A stretch of DNA of 63,971 bases, counting the filler. It is 13 parts of 13 records of this genome, joined end to end, with 100 filler letters (N's around TTAATTAATTAA, not from the genome) between each part and the next. Parts side by side here need not be neighbours in the genome. Positions count along the whole stretch, not along the records: positions 33,179 to 47,091 come from SRR11831585_229; positions 47,192 to 50,343 come from SRR11831585_230; 11 more parts are not named here. The stretch is one strand, 5' to 3'. Every line of letters starts with the position of its first letter. Position 1 is the first letter of the stretch. Shown here piece by piece: positions 35,815 to 48,194 of the stretch. The position numbers and the translations under genes were made by a program. Under the pieces are notes generated by a model. It had not been told where the DNA came from, did not search any database, and worked only from the letters and a program-made list of their open reading frames with translations.

Positions 35815-37062
35815 ATGGCCATTAAAAAACGCAGTGCAACCGTTGTGCCTGGCGCATCCGGTGCGGCAGCGGCAGTTAAGAATCCGCAGGCCTCTAAAAC
35901 CAGCTTCTGGGGTGAACTCCCGCAGCATGTGATGTCAGGGATTTCACGCATGGTGCCGACCTTAATTATGGGCGGTGTGATCCTCGCTTTCAGCCAGCTG
36001 ATTGCTTATAGCTGGCTTAAAATTCCTGCTGAGATCGGCATCATGGATGCTCTTAATAGCGGGAAATTCTCCGGTTTCGACCTCTCCTTACTTAAATTTG
36101 CCTGGCTGTCGCAGTCCTTCGGCGGCGTGTTGTTTGGTTTTGCCATTCCGATGTTTGCTGCTTTTGTGGCGAACTCTATCGGTGGCAAACTGGCGTTCCC
36201 GGCTGGTTTTATCGGCGGGTTGATGTCTACCCAGCCGACGCAACTGCTGAACTTCGATCCCAGCACTATGCAATGGGCGACCTCTTCGCCGGTGCCGTCC
36301 ACCTTCATTGGTGCGCTGATTATTTCTATCGTTGCCGGTTACCTTGTGAAGTGGATGAACCAGAAAATCCAGTTACCGGATTTCCTGTTAGCGTTCAAAA
36401 CCACATTTTTGCTCCCGATTCTTTCCGCCATTTTTGTCATGCTGGCGATGTACTACGTCATCACCCCCTTTGGTGGCTGGATCAACGGCGGTATCCGTAC
36501 TGTGCTGACTGCCGCAGGTGAGAAGGGCGCGCTGATGTACGCAATGGGGATCGCCGCGGCGACAGCAATCGACCTTGGTGGCCCGATCAACAAAGCCGCA
36601 GGTTTTGTTGCCTTCAGCTTTACCACTGACCACGTATTACCGGTCACCGCTCGTTCTATCGCTATCGTTATTCCGCCGATTGGTCTGGGGCTGGCGACCA
36701 TTATCGACCGTCGTTTAACCGGCAAACGCCTGTTCAACGCTCAACTTTATCCGCAGGGTAAGACCGCCATGTTCCTGGCGTTTATGGGGATCAGTGAGGG
36801 TGCGATTCCGTTTGCGCTGGAAAGCCCCATCACCGCCATTCCGTCGTATATGGTCGGCGCTATTGTCGGCTCAACCGCCGCTGTCTGGCTGGGCGCAGTG
36901 CAATGGTTCCCGGAGTCCGCTATCTGGGCATGGCCGCTGGTCACTAACCTGGGCGTCTATATGGCGGGGATCGCGCTGGGGGCAGTCATAACTGCGCTGA
37001 TGGTGGTGTTCCTGCGTCTGATGATGTTCCGTAAAGGCAAATTGTTAATCGATAGCCTGTAA
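35815..37062 (+). CDS. fryC: Fructose-like PTS EIIC component
   Basis: 415 aa hydrophobic; [19 protein letters not shown]. Confidence 0.95.
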
Positions 37063-37076
37063 GAAGGAAAATCCAG

Positions 37077-38162
37077 ATGACATTACTCGCTTCGCTGCGC
37101 GACTGGCTTAAGGCGCAACAACTGGATGCAGTGCTTCTCTCCTCACGGCAGAACAAACAGCCGCATCTGGGGATCTCCACCGGATCAGGTTATGTGGTGA
37201 TTAGCCGTGAAAGTGCGCACATTCTGGTGGATTCGCGCTATTACGTTGAGGTGGAAGCCCGTGCGCAAGGCTACCAGCTGCATTTGCTTGACGCGACGAA
37301 CACGCTTACCACTATCGTCAATCAAATCATTGCCGATGAACAGTTGCAAACGCTCGGTTTTGAGGGCCAGCAGGTGAGTTGGGAAACCGCGCACCGCTGG
37401 CAGTCTGAACTCAATGCGAAACTGGTTAGCGCCACGCCGGATGTGCTGCGGCAAATCAAAACGCCAGAGGAGGTGGAGAAAATCCGCCTCGCCTGTGGGA
37501 TTGCTGATCGCGGTGCAGAGCATATTCGCCGCTTTATTCAGGCGGGGATGAGCGAGCGCGAGATAGCCGCTGAACTGGAGTGGTTTATGCGCCAGCAGGG
37601 CGCAGAAAAAGCCTCTTTTGACACCATTGTCGCCAGTGGCTGGCGTGGGGCGCTGCCGCACGGCAAAGCCAGCGACAAGATTGTTGCAGCGGGCGAGTTT
37701 GTCACTCTCGATTTCGGTGCGCTGTATCAGGGCTACTGCTCTGATATGACGCGCACCTTGCTGGTGAATGGCGAAGGGGTGAGCGCCGAATCTCACCTGC
37801 TGTTTAACGTCTATCAAATTGTCCTGCAGGCACAGCTCGCAGCAATCTCCGCGATTCGCCCCGGCGTGCGCTGCCAGCAGGTTGACGATGCCGCGCGCCG
37901 GGTCATTACAGAAGCAGGTTATGGCGACTATTTCGGTCATAACACCGGTCACGCTATCGGCATTGAAGTTCATGAAGATCCGCGTTTTTCACCGCGGGAC
38001 ACCACGACGCTACAGCCAGGCATGTTACTGACCGTGGAGCCGGGGATTTATTTGCCAGGGCAAGGGGGCGTGCGCATCGAAGATGTTGTGCTGGTTACCC
38101 CGCAAGGCGCAGAAGTGCTCTACGCCATGCCGAAAACAGTGTTGCTCACGGGAGAGGCATAA
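37077..38162 (+). CDS. ypdF: M24-family aminopeptidase YpdF
   Basis: 361 aa, [28 protein letters not shown]. Confidence 0.95.
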
Positions 38163-39199
38163 TGGATTTATCGCTATTAAAAGCGTTGAGCGAGGCAGAT
38201 GCGATCGCCTCCTCGGAACAGGAAGTGCGGCAGATCCTGCTGGAAGAAGCGGATCGCCTGCAAAAAGAAGTGCGATTTGATGGTCTGGGATCGGTGCTGA
38301 TCCGCCTGAATGAATCGACAGGTCCGAAGGTGATGATCTGTGCGCATATGGACGAAGTGGGATTTATGGTGCGCAGCATCTCCCGCGAAGGGGCGATTGA
38401 TGTGCTGCCGGTTGGCAACGTACGCATGGCTGCCCGCCAGCTGCAGCCGGTGCGCATCACCACCCGTGAAGAGTGCAAAATTCCAGGCCTGCTTGACGGC
38501 GACCGGCAGGGGAATGACGTCAGCGCCATGCGCGTGGACATTGGTGCGCGCTCCTATGACGAAGTGATGCAGGCGGGAATTCGTCCCGGCGATCGCGTCA
38601 CGTTTGATACCACTTTTCAGGTTCTCCCTCACCAGCGAGTGATGGGGAAAGCCTTTGATGACCGCCTCGGTTGCTATCTGCTGGTGACGTTACTGCGCGA
38701 ACTGCACGACGCCGAACTACCTGCGGAAGTGTGGCTGGTGGCAAGTTCCAGCGAAGAGGTGGGATTACGCGGCGGGCAAACTGCCACCCGCGCGGTGTCG
38801 CCGGACGTCGCCATTGTGCTTGATACCGCCTGCTGGGCGAAAAACTTTGATTATGGCGCGGCTAACCATCGCCAGATTGGTAACGGGCCGATGCTGGTGT
38901 TAAGCGACAAGTCGCTGATTGCGCCGCCAAAACTTACCGCCTGGGTCGAAACCGTGGCGGCAGAAATTGGCGTGCCGTTGCAGGCAGATATGTTCAGCAA
39001 CGGCGGCACGGACGGCGGGGCGGTGCACTTAACCGGCACCGGCGTGCCCACAGTGGTGATGGGGCCAGCAACCCGCCATGGACATTGCGCCGCATCGATT
39101 GCCGATTGCCGCGACATTTTGCAGATGCAGCAACTTTTATCTGCCCTTATTCAACGTCTTACGCGTGAGACGGTTGTTCAACTGACGGATTTCAGATGA
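38162..39199 (+). CDS. ypdE: M42-family aminopeptidase YpdE
   Basis: 345 aa, AHMDEVG, KAFDDR, EEVGLRG. Confidence 0.95.
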   Translation: MDLSLLKALSEADAIASSEQEVRQILLEEADRLQKEVRFDGLGSVLIRLNESTGPKVMICAHMDEVGFMVRSISREGAIDVLPVGNVRMAARQLQPVRITTREECKIPGLLDGDRQGNDVSAMRVDIGARSYDEVMQAGIRPGDRVTFDTTFQVLPHQRVMGKAFDDRLGCYLLVTLLRELHDAELPAEVWLVASSSEEVGLRGGQTATRAVSPDVAIVLDTACWAKNFDYGAANHRQIGNGPMLVLSDKSLIAPPKLTAWVETVAAEIGVPLQADMFSNGGTDGGAVHLTGTGVPTVVMGPATRHGHCAASIADCRDILQMQQLLSALIQRLTRETVVQLTDFR

Positions 39200-39223
39200 T
39201 CTCCTGATTAACCCGGAGCGGTT

Positions 39224-41719
39224 ATGTTAACGATTCAATTTCTCTGTCCTTTGCCTAACGGTCTACATGCTCGTCCGGCGTGGGAACTTAAAGAACAGTG
39301 CAGCCAGTGGCAAAGCGAAATCACTTTTATTAACCATCGCCAGAACGCAAAGGCAGATGCGAAAAGCTCGCTGGCGCTGATTGGCACCGGCACCCTATTT
39401 AATGACAGTTGCAGCCTGAACATTAGCGGCAGCGATGAAGAGCAGGCGCGGCGCGTGCTGGAAGAGTACATCCAGGTGCGCTTTATCGACAGCGACAGCG
39501 TTCAGCCTACGCAGGCAGAACTGACGGCGCATCCGCTGCCGCGTTCATTAAGCCGCCTTAACCCGGATTTACTGTACGGCAATGTGCTGGCAAGCGGCGT
39601 CGGCGTGGGTACGCTGACCCTGTTACAAAGCGACAGCCTCGACAGTTATCGGGCAATCCCCGCCAGTGCGCAAGATTCCACCCGGCTGGAGCACAGCCTG
39701 GCAACGCTTGCCGAGCAACTGAACCAGCAATTGCGTGAGCGTGACGGCGAAAGCAAAACTATCCTCAGCGCCCATTTGTCGCTGATTCAGGATGATGAAT
39801 TTGCAGGCAATATCCGTCGCCTGATGACAGAACAGCATCAGGGGCTGGGGGCGGCGATCATCAGCAATATGGAGCAGGTTTGCGCCAAACTTTCTGCCTC
39901 TGCCAGCGATTATCTGCGCGAACGTGTTAGCGACATTCGCGATATCAGCGAACAGTTGCTGCATATCACCTGGCCGGAACTGAAGCCGCGCAACAAGCTG
40001 GTGCTTGAAAAACCGACCATTCTGGTGGCTGAAGATTTAACCCCAAGCCAGTTTTTGAGCCTTGATTTGAAAAATCTTGCGGGCATGATTCTGGAGAAAA
40101 CCGGGCGCACCTCGCATACACTGATTCTGGCCCGTGCCTCGGCGATCCCGGTACTGAGTGGCTTGCCGCTGGATGCGATTGCCCGTTATGCCGGGCAACC
40201 TGCAGTGCTTGACGCCCAGTGCGGCGTGCTGGCGATTAACCCGAATGACGCGGTGAGCGGTTATTATCAGGTCGCGCAGACGCTGGCGGATAAACGCCAA
40301 AAACAACAGGCGCAGGCTGCCGCGCAGCTGGCCTATTCCCGTGATAACAAGCGTATTGATATTGCGGCGAATATCGGCACCGCTCTGGAAGCGCCAGGCG
40401 CGTTTGCCAACGGCGCGGAAGGTGTCGGGCTGTTCCGTACCGAAATGCTCTATATGGATCGCGACAGCGCGCCGGACGAGCAGGAGCAATTTGAAGCCTA
40501 CCAGCAGGTGCTACTGGCGGCGGGCGACAAGCCGATTATCTTCCGCACGATGGACATCGGCGGCGATAAAAGCATTCCTTATCTGAATATTCCCCAGGAA
40601 GAGAACCCGTTCCTCGGCTATCGCGCGGTACGTATTTACCCGGAATTTGCTGGCCTGTTCCGCACTCAACTGCGGGCCATTTTGCGCGCCGCCAGTTTCG
40701 GCAACGCCCAGTTGATGATCCCGATGGTTCACAGCCTCGATCAGATCTTATGGGTGAAAGGCGAGATCCAAAAAGCGATCGTTGAGCTTAAGCGCGATGG
40801 CCTGCGTCATGCAGAGACGATTACGCTTGGGATCATGGTGGAAGTTCCGTCGGTGTGCTACATCATCGACCACTTCTGCGATGAGGTCGATTTCTTCAGT
40901 ATCGGCTCCAACGATATGACCCAGTATCTGTATGCGGTCGATCGTAATAACCCGCGCGTATCGCCGCTATATAACCCGATTACGCCATCGTTCCTGCGCA
41001 TGTTGCAGCAAATAGTTACCACTGCGCATCAGCGGGGCAAATGGGTAGGCATTTGCGGTGAACTGGGCGGTGAAAGCCGTTATCTGCCGCTACTGCTTGG
41101 GCTGGGCCTGGATGAGCTGAGTATGAGTAGCCCGCGTATTCCGGCGGTGAAAAGCCAGCTTCGTCAACTGGATAGCGAGGCGTGTCGGGAACTGGCGCGT
41201 CAGGCATGTGAATGCCGCAGTGCGCAGGAAATTGAAGCGTTACTCACCGCCTTTACGCCGGAAGAAGACGTTCGCCCACTGCTGGCGCTGGAGAATATCT
41301 TTGTTGATCAGGATTTTAGCAATAAAGAGCAGGCGATCCAGTTCCTGTGCGGCAACCTCGGCGTTAACGGGCGCACTGAACATCCGTTTGAGCTGGAAGA
41401 AGATGTCTGGCAGCGGGAAGAGATTGTTACCACCGGCGTTGGTTTTGGCGTAGCGATCCCGCACACCAAATCTCAGTGGATCCGTCATTCCAGTATCAGC
41501 ATTGCCCGGCTGGCGAAACCGATTGGCTGGCAGTCAGAAATGGGCGAAGTCGAACTGGTGATCATGCTGACGCTGGGTGCTAACGAAGGGATGAATCATG
41601 TGAAAGTCTTCTCGCAGCTGGCGCGTAAACTGGTGAATAAAAACTTCCGCCAGTCGTTGTTTGCCGCGCAAGATGCACAAAGTATCCTGACGCTGCTGGA
41701 AACAGAATTAACCTTCTGA
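39224..41719 (+). CDS. fryA: Multiphosphoryl transfer protein (HPr-EI-EIIA)
   Basis: 831 aa, GLHARPA (HPr), TSHT and GLFRTE (EI), AIPH (EIIA). Confidence 0.96.
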   Translation: MLTIQFLCPLPNGLHARPAWELKEQCSQWQSEITFINHRQNAKADAKSSLALIGTGTLFNDSCSLNISGSDEEQARRVLEEYIQVRFIDSDSVQPTQAELTAHPLPRSLSRLNPDLLYGNVLASGVGVGTLTLLQSDSLDSYRAIPASAQDSTRLEHSLATLAEQLNQQLRERDGESKTILSAHLSLIQDDEFAGNIRRLMTEQHQGLGAAIISNMEQVCAKLSASASDYLRERVSDIRDISEQLLHITWPELKPRNKLVLEKPTILVAEDLTPSQFLSLDLKNLAGMILEKTGRTSHTLILARASAIPVLSGLPLDAIARYAGQPAVLDAQCGVLAINPNDAVSGYYQVAQTLADKRQKQQAQAAAQLAYSRDNKRIDIAANIGTALEAPGAFANGAEGVGLFRTEMLYMDRDSAPDEQEQFEAYQQVLLAAGDKPIIFRTMDIGGDKSIPYLNIPQEENPFLGYRAVRIYPEFAGLFRTQLRAILRAASFGNAQLMIPMVHSLDQILWVKGEIQKAIVELKRDGLRHAETITLGIMVEVPSVCYIIDHFCDEVDFFSIGSNDMTQYLYAVDRNNPRVSPLYNPITPSFLRMLQQIVTTAHQRGKWVGICGELGGESRYLPLLLGLGLDELSMSSPRIPAVKSQLRQLDSEACRELARQACECRSAQEIEALLTAFTPEEDVRPLLALENIFVDQDFSNKEQAIQFLCGNLGVNGRTEHPFELEEDVWQREEIVTTGVGFGVAIPHTKSQWIRHSSISIARLAKPIGWQSEMGEVELVIMLTLGANEGMNHVKVFSQLARKLVNKNFRQSLFAAQDAQSILTLLETELTF

Positions 41720-41721
41720 CG

Positions 41722-42579
41722 TTAGCCCTGAAAACGGGCGCTGTACTCTCCCGGCGTCAGACCAAACTGACGCCGGAAAACGCGACAAAAATAGTCGCTA
41801 TCCGGAAAACCGCAACGCTGTGCCACTTCATGAATTGACAGATGATATTTCTGCAAAATCATCCTCGCCTTCGCCATTCGCACCCAACGCACATACTCGA
41901 TAAAACGCATCGTTCCATGCTGAGCAAACAGTTTTGACAGATGATTGGGCGTGATATTAAAAAACTGCGCCACGCTCTCGCGGGTGAGCGGCTGGGCATA
42001 ATTATCCTGAACCCAGTTACAAATGCTGTGATAGAGAAAATCGCCGCGCGGCTGCGAATTGCCCGGCGGCATATTCACCACGCTACGGCAAAGATGCAGC
42101 AAACTTAACACCAGCGGCTGAATGATATTTTGCTCCAGCGGCGAACGGCTAAGATGGGTGAGGGCGGTAAGCATCGCTTCACCTTCACCGCGTTGCAGGC
42201 TGGGAAGCTGGATCTGGCGAGCAGGATGCAACAACGACGTGGTGCGGCTATCGTAAAACGATAACCCAAGCCAGGTCGGAGCGAACACCAGGCTTAACAG
42301 CATCACCGGTTTGTTGTTGACCGGTAAATTAGCCGCGCGCGCCGGAATAAACAGCATTTCTCCTTCCACCAAACGTTGCTGCTTTGCTTCCAGCAGATTG
42401 CCGTATTCGCCGCGCAGCACGATATCCAGACGGGGAAAATCAATACATAAACTGCCCACCGGCAACGAGGCAGGCTGGCTGGCAAACCAGACGCGCCCCA
42501 GTAGTTGCGGGTTAAGCACCAGGCCGCTGAACAGATCGGCGAAAAATTGTTGATCGGCGGGCAAGCCTGGTGCTTTCAT
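41722..42579 (-). CDS. ypdC: AraC-family transcriptional regulator YpdC
   Basis: 285 aa with C-terminal AraC HTH (CGFPDSDYFCRVFRR). Confidence 0.95.
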   Translation of the reverse strand: MKAPGLPADQQFFADLFSGLVLNPQLLGRVWFASQPASLPVGSLCIDFPRLDIVLRGEYGNLLEAKQQRLVEGEMLFIPARAANLPVNNKPVMLLSLVFAPTWLGLSFYDSRTTSLLHPARQIQLPSLQRGEGEAMLTALTHLSRSPLEQNIIQPLVLSLLHLCRSVVNMPPGNSQPRGDFLYHSICNWVQDNYAQPLTRESVAQFFNITPNHLSKLFAQHGTMRFIEYVRWVRMAKARMILQKYHLSIHEVAQRCGFPDSDYFCRVFRRQFGLTPGEYSARFQG

Positions 42580-42591
42580 GAAAGTTCCCGA

Positions 42592-43326
42592 TTAAAGATG
42601 CATTAACTGGCGAAATTCTTTCACTTTGCTGCGGCTGACCGGCACTTCAAAATCCAGATCTTTCAGTCGCAGAATGTAGGTGTTATTAAACCACGGTTCG
42701 ATTTCGCGTATTTTGTTCAGATTGACACAAAATGAGCGATGGCAGCGGAAAAAATGCGACGGCGGCAGTTTGCTGCAAAATTCGGTAATGTTCATCGGCA
42801 TTACGTAGGATTCACGCCGCGTATAGACAAAGGTCATTTTCTCGTGCGCTTCGGCGTAATAGATATCGTTAATTGGCGTGACGATTATTCGCTCATCTTT
42901 CACCAGATTAATGGTGTCATTCTCACGCGTTACCGTCGCGGCAGGCGTACTGCTGGTCTGCTGTTGTTGCCAGGCCGCTTCCAGTTTTTGCAGCATCCCG
43001 GTAATACGTGACTCCTGATACGGTTTGAGAATGTAGTCAAACGCCTCCAGTTCAAACGCTTCTACCGCATGTTCTTTCCACGCGGTGATGAACACAATAA
43101 ACGGTTTATGGGCGAACTGGCTGATGTTTTGCGCCAGCAACACGCCATCCAGCGACGGAATATTGATATCCAGAAAAATGGCGTCGACGCGGTTATGCTG
43201 CAAAAACTTCAACACGTCCAGACCGTCGTCAAAGGTGCCGACAATCTCCATCTGGCTGTGCTCTTTAATTAGCCAGCTCAGTTCCTGTTGTGCCAGGAAT
43301 TCGTCTTCAACAATGATGACTTTCAC
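42592..43326 (-). CDS. ypdB: LytTR response regulator YpdB (PyrR)
   Basis: GTG start at 43326 (MKVIIVEDE), 244 aa, FFRCHRSF LytTR motif. Confidence 0.95.
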   Translation of the reverse strand: MKVIIVEDEFLAQQELSWLIKEHSQMEIVGTFDDGLDVLKFLQHNRVDAIFLDINIPSLDGVLLAQNISQFAHKPFIVFITAWKEHAVEAFELEAFDYILKPYQESRITGMLQKLEAAWQQQQTSSTPAATVTRENDTINLVKDERIIVTPINDIYYAEAHEKMTFVYTRRESYVMPMNITEFCSKLPPSHFFRCHRSFCVNLNKIREIEPWFNNTYILRLKDLDFEVPVSRSKVKEFRQLMHL

Positions 43327-43340
43327 AATATCACTCCGGC

Positions 43341-45038
43341 TCAAAGCAATAACGTAGCCTGTGAGGCGACTGGGGTGCGTTGGTTAGGAATGTAAAACGC
43401 AATTTCCGTCCCCGGCTCCAGGCGGCGGATATGCAGCCCCTCGCCATACAATAACTTCACGCGATGATGGACATTCAGCAGGCCAATTTTATTGCCCGGC
43501 ATTTCATTCGCTTCGACCCGCTCAATCACCTTTGGATCGATGCCGTGCCCGGTATCTCGCACCGCAATGCGTACCCGATTTCCGCACTCTGCAACGCTGA
43601 TGGTGACAACGCCTTTACCTTTGCAAGGCTGAATACCGTGGACAATGGCGTTCTCCACCAACGGCTGGATCAGCAGGCTGGGAATGCAGCAATTCACCTC
43701 TTCATCAATATCATAGATAACCGTCAGCTTGTCACCAAAGCGGGCCTGCTCAATGGCAATATAGTCTTTAATTTGATACAGCTCTTTTTTGATATCGATT
43801 TGCTCATCGTCTTTTAATTCAATGTTATAGCGCAGATAACGCGACAGATTAAAGATCAACTGGCGAGCGGTATCCGGATTCAGACGGATTGACGATGAAA
43901 TAGCGTTCAGAGCGTTAAACAGAAAATGGGGATTAATTTTGCTTTGCAGGGCGCGAAGCTCTGCCTTATTTGCCATTTCACGTAGCTGCTCGGCGCGTGA
44001 AACCTCCAGTTGCGTGGAGATGATTTGCGACAGACCGACCGCCATTTCCTGTAATGACGAGGTGATCTGATGCGCGTGGCAGTAGTAAATTTTCAGCGTT
44101 CCGGTCACGACCCCTTTCTCCCACAATGGGATCACCAGCATGGAATGAATCTCTGGTGTGCGGTGGGCTTCATCATTGTTTTTAATGATGATTTTTCCGT
44201 AATTCATCGCCTGACGGGTAGTCGGGCTAATGAAGTCATCGCCATTCTGATAGTTATGTTCACCCACGCCAACATAGGCCAGCACATGATCGGTATTAGT
44301 AATCGCCACCGCATCGGCGTGAATGTCATCGCGGATAATTTCGCAGACCTTGCGTAATGACTCGCTATTGACATGGCGAAACAGCGGTAGCGTTTTGTTG
44401 GCGATATCCAGCGCCAGCTTGGCCTGCCGCGCGGCGCTGGCCTCTTTTTCGCCCTCAACGCTTTGCACCAGAAGCACAATAAAGCCGATACAGACGCTAC
44501 CGAGGATCATTGGAATGCCGATTTTAGAGACGATATCGATCCCCAACGCGGTAGTTGGTGCCCAGACAATTACCAGAATCATGGTCAACGTCTCACACAA
44601 CATGCCGCCGAGAATACCGACGCGCCAGCGCTGTGCTTTGGGGATTTTCAGGTTGATCCAGCCCGATATACAACCCGCCAGAATGCTGGTGATAAAGCAG
44701 GGGATCGCCGTCACGCCGCCGATATCAATTAAATACCGGTGAATACCCGCAATCACGCCGGTAATGATGCCTACCCACGGGCCAAACAGAATCCCGCCGG
44801 ACATCACCGCGATAATACGTACGTTCACCAGCGAGCCTTCTACGGGAACGCCGGACCAGGTGCTGAACAGGGCGAACAGCGAGAAAATGGCGGTAACGGC
44901 GAGCAATTCTTTTGGGGAGTGCGCCGACTTGTGCAACAGTTCGCGAAACAGGCGGATACGGATGAGAAAGAACAGGCAGATAAGCATTAACGCTGCCCGA
45001 TCGAAGACCGCCAGCAGCATGTTGAATATTTCGTGCAC
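43341..45038 (-). CDS. ypdA: LytS-family sensor histidine kinase YpdA (PyrS)
   Basis: 565 aa, membrane domain, [15 protein letters not shown]-box. Confidence 0.96.
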
Positions 45039-45413
45039 GGGTGACTCTGAATAAGGATTAAACCTCTATGATAGGTAACCTGAAGGCTGATGACCAGCAG
45101 GCCGTTTTTGAGGAAAAACCACAATTTTAAAAGGGGATTGATAGATAAATGGTGTATTAGCAATGCATCTCTTGATAATGCACTTCTGGTTAGTAAATTT
45201 ATTGAAATTATTATGTTAATAAAATGAGTGGTAATTTTCTTGTTAGCGCAGATAAATTTCCTGTTTTTAAAGCAGAGTTCCTCATTTAACGTCATTAATA
45301 AAATGTTCTAAAACGCTGGACAGACAGAAATTAATCAGGCTATTTTCAAAACAGCCACCATCGTGGCAGCGTCGCTCGGACGGTCCGGGCGCTAACGTTA
45401 ATCTGAGGAAATT

Positions 45414-46652
45414 ATGGCTGACACTCGCCCTGAACGTCGCTTTACGCGCATTGATCGTCTCCCGCCCTACGTTTTTAACATCACCGCTGAACTGAAAATG
45501 GCTGCGCGTCGGCGCGGCGAAGATATTATCGATTTCAGCATGGGTAACCCGGACGGTGCGACTCCGCCGCATATCGTCGAAAAATTATGTACTGTGGCCC
45601 AGCGCCCGGACACGCATGGTTACTCCACTTCACGCGGCATTCCGCGGTTACGTCGCGCCATTTCCCGCTGGTATCAGGATCGCTACGACGTTGAAATCGA
45701 CCCGGAATCAGAAGCCATCGTCACTATTGGTTCGAAAGAGGGCCTGGCGCATCTGATGCTGGCGACGCTGGATCATGGTGACACGGTGCTGGTGCCGAAT
45801 CCAAGTTACCCGATCCATATTTATGGCGCGGTGATTGCCGGGGCGCAGGTACGCTCAGTGCCGCTGGTGGAAGGTGTCGATTTCTTCAACGAACTGGAGC
45901 GAGCCATTCGTGAAAGTTATCCGAAACCGAAGATGATGATCCTCGGCTTCCCGTCAAACCCAACCGCGCAATGCGTGGAACTGGAGTTCTTCGAAAAAGT
46001 AGTGGCGCTGGCGAAACGCTACGATGTGCTGGTGGTCCATGACCTGGCCTATGCCGATATCGTCTACGATGGCTGGAAAGCGCCGTCAATTATGCAGGTA
46101 CCGGGTGCACGCGATGTGGCAGTCGAGTTCTTTACGCTGTCGAAAAGCTACAACATGGCGGGCTGGCGTATCGGCTTTATGGTTGGCAACAAAACGCTGG
46201 TCAGCGCCCTGGCTCGTATTAAAAGCTATCACGATTACGGCACCTTTACGCCGTTGCAGGTGGCGGCGATTGCGGCGCTGGAGGGCGATCAACAGTGCGT
46301 GCGCGACATTGCCGAACAGTACAAACGCCGCCGTGATGTATTGGTTAAAGGGCTGCATGAAGCGGGCTGGATGGTTGAAATGCCGAAGGCTTCGATGTAT
46401 GTCTGGGCGAAAATCCCGGAACCATATGCGGCCATGGGATCGCTGGAATTTGCCAAGAAGCTCCTTAACGAAGCGAAGGTTTGTGTCTCGCCGGGGATTG
46501 GCTTTGGCGACTATGGTGATACGCATGTTCGCTTTGCACTGATTGAAAACCGCGACCGTATTCGTCAGGCCATCAGAGGGATTAAAGCGATGTTCCGTGC
46601 CGACGGTTTACTACCCGCCAGCAGCAAACATATTCACGAAAACGCGGAATAA
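45414..46652 (+). CDS. alaC: Glutamate-pyruvate aminotransferase AlaC
   Basis: 412 aa, [14 protein letters not shown] class I PLP motif. Confidence 0.96.
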   Translation: MADTRPERRFTRIDRLPPYVFNITAELKMAARRRGEDIIDFSMGNPDGATPPHIVEKLCTVAQRPDTHGYSTSRGIPRLRRAISRWYQDRYDVEIDPESEAIVTIGSKEGLAHLMLATLDHGDTVLVPNPSYPIHIYGAVIAGAQVRSVPLVEGVDFFNELERAIRESYPKPKMMILGFPSNPTAQCVELEFFEKVVALAKRYDVLVVHDLAYADIVYDGWKAPSIMQVPGARDVAVEFFTLSKSYNMAGWRIGFMVGNKTLVSALARIKSYHDYGTFTPLQVAAIAALEGDQQCVRDIAEQYKRRRDVLVKGLHEAGWMVEMPKASMYVWAKIPEPYAAMGSLEFAKKLLNEAKVCVSPGIGFGDYGDTHVRFALIENRDRIRQAIRGIKAMFRADGLLPASSKHIHENAE

Positions 46653-46671
46653 ACACCGTCGTCAGAAATGC

Positions 46672-46699
46672 AAACAGGAGCCTGATGGCTCCTGTTTTT
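46672..46699. terminator. Likely bidirectional terminator between alaC and ypdK
   Basis: AAACAGGAGC-CTGATG-GCTCCTGTTTTT. Confidence 0.85.
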
Positions 46700-46716
46700 C
46701 ATTGCACAGTTTGCTT

Positions 46717-46788
46717 TTAGATCATCAGGGCAAAAGTACCGGCCCAAACGATGACCATAAAAGAAATGCCCATAAAGAAATATTTCAC
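46717..46788 (-). CDS. ypdK: 23-aa small membrane protein YpdK
   Basis: GTG start, translates MKYFFMGISFMVIVWAGTFALMI*; below the ORF-track cutoff. Confidence 0.88.
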   Translation of the reverse strand: MKYFFMGISFMVIVWAGTFALMI

Positions 46789-47091
46789 TTTACATCTCTC
46801 CGCGTAATTACTGTTACGCCTGAATGACTTCATTACACCTGATACAGTGAGTTGACACCGGGCAAAGCGACCTTAAAAGCCCTGTATTTTACCGTGGGCA
46901 TCACCCCAGAATTCTGAGCTAAACTGCTCGAGACGGCGCTAATGTACGCCTAAAACTGAAACGAGACAAGAGGCATTTTCTTATTTACTTTTAGTAACTT
47001 ACAAGTGTCTCATATCGGCGACAGTTTAATTTCTGACGGTAATAATTAGATATTCAGCGAAGGAAAAAACCTTAAGAAAAAAGCCATAAAA

Positions 47092-47191
47092 NNNNNNNNN
47101 NNNNNNNNNNNNNNNNNNNNNNNNNNNNNNNNNNNTTAATTAATTAANNNNNNNNNNNNNNNNNNNNNNNNNNNNNNNNNNNNNNNNNNNN
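47092..47191. other. Assembly spacer
   Basis: 44N-TTAATTAATTAA-44N. Confidence 0.99.
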
Positions 47192-48121
47192 GGTGCCGGG
47201 TTTAGTGCCCTCACCCTCGCAATCTTGTTGGGGATGGTTTTAGGCAACACCATCTATCCGCACATCTGGAAAAGCTGTGACGGTGGTGTGCTGTTTGCCA
47301 AGCAATATTTATTACGTCTGGGTATCATTCTTTATGGCTTCCGTCTGACGTTCTCGCAAATTGCCGATGTCGGTATCAGTGGGATCATCATTGACGTGTT
47401 GACGCTGTCCAGTACCTTCCTGCTGGCTTGCTTCCTGGGGCAGAAAGTGTTTGGTCTGGATAAGCACACCAGCTGGTTGATCGGTGCCGGTAGCAGTATC
47501 TGTGGTGCTGCCGCGGTACTGGCGACTGAGCCGGTAGTGAAAGCGGAAGCCAGTAAAGTAACCGTGGCTGTTGCAACCGTTGTTATCTTCGGGACCGTCG
47601 CGATTTTCCTCTACCCGGCGATATATCCGCTGATGTCTCAATGGTTTAGTCCGGAAACTTTCGGTATCTACATTGGTTCTACTGTGCACGAAGTGGCGCA
47701 GGTGGTGGCGGCAGGTCATGCCATCAGCCCGGATGCGGAAAACGCAGCAGTTATTTCCAAAATGCTGCGCGTGATGATGCTGGCTCCGTTCCTCATCCTG
47801 CTGGCGGCGCGTGTTAAACAGCTGTCTGGGGCGAACAGCGGCGAGAAAAGCAAAATCACTATTCCGTGGTTTGCCATCTTGTTCATCGTAGTTGCCATCT
47901 TTAACTCGTTCCACCTGTTACCGCAGAGCGTGGTGAACATGCTGGTAACGCTGGATACCTTCCTGCTGGCAATGGCGATGGCGGCGCTGGGTCTGACCAC
48001 TCACGTCAGCGCGCTGAAAAAAGCTGGGGCGAAACCTCTGCTGATGGCACTGGTACTGTTTGCCTGGCTGATTGTTGGTGGTGGTGCGATTAACTATGTG
48101 ATTCAAAGCGTCATCGCATAA
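47192..48121 (+). CDS. yeiH: UPF0324 membrane protein YeiH, 5'-truncated
   Basis: [23 protein letters not shown]; precedes nfo. Confidence 0.94.
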
Positions 48122-48194
48122 ACCACTACATCTTGCTCCTGTTAACCCGCTATCATTACCGTTTTCCTCCAGCGGGTTTAACAGGAGTCCTCGC

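Noticed and set aside
27353..47091. ygeW-yqeA and fry-ypd clusters as a novel metabolic system
   Set aside because: Standard E. coli K-12 loci in their usual gene order; incompletely characterised but not new, and they sit on separate contigs.
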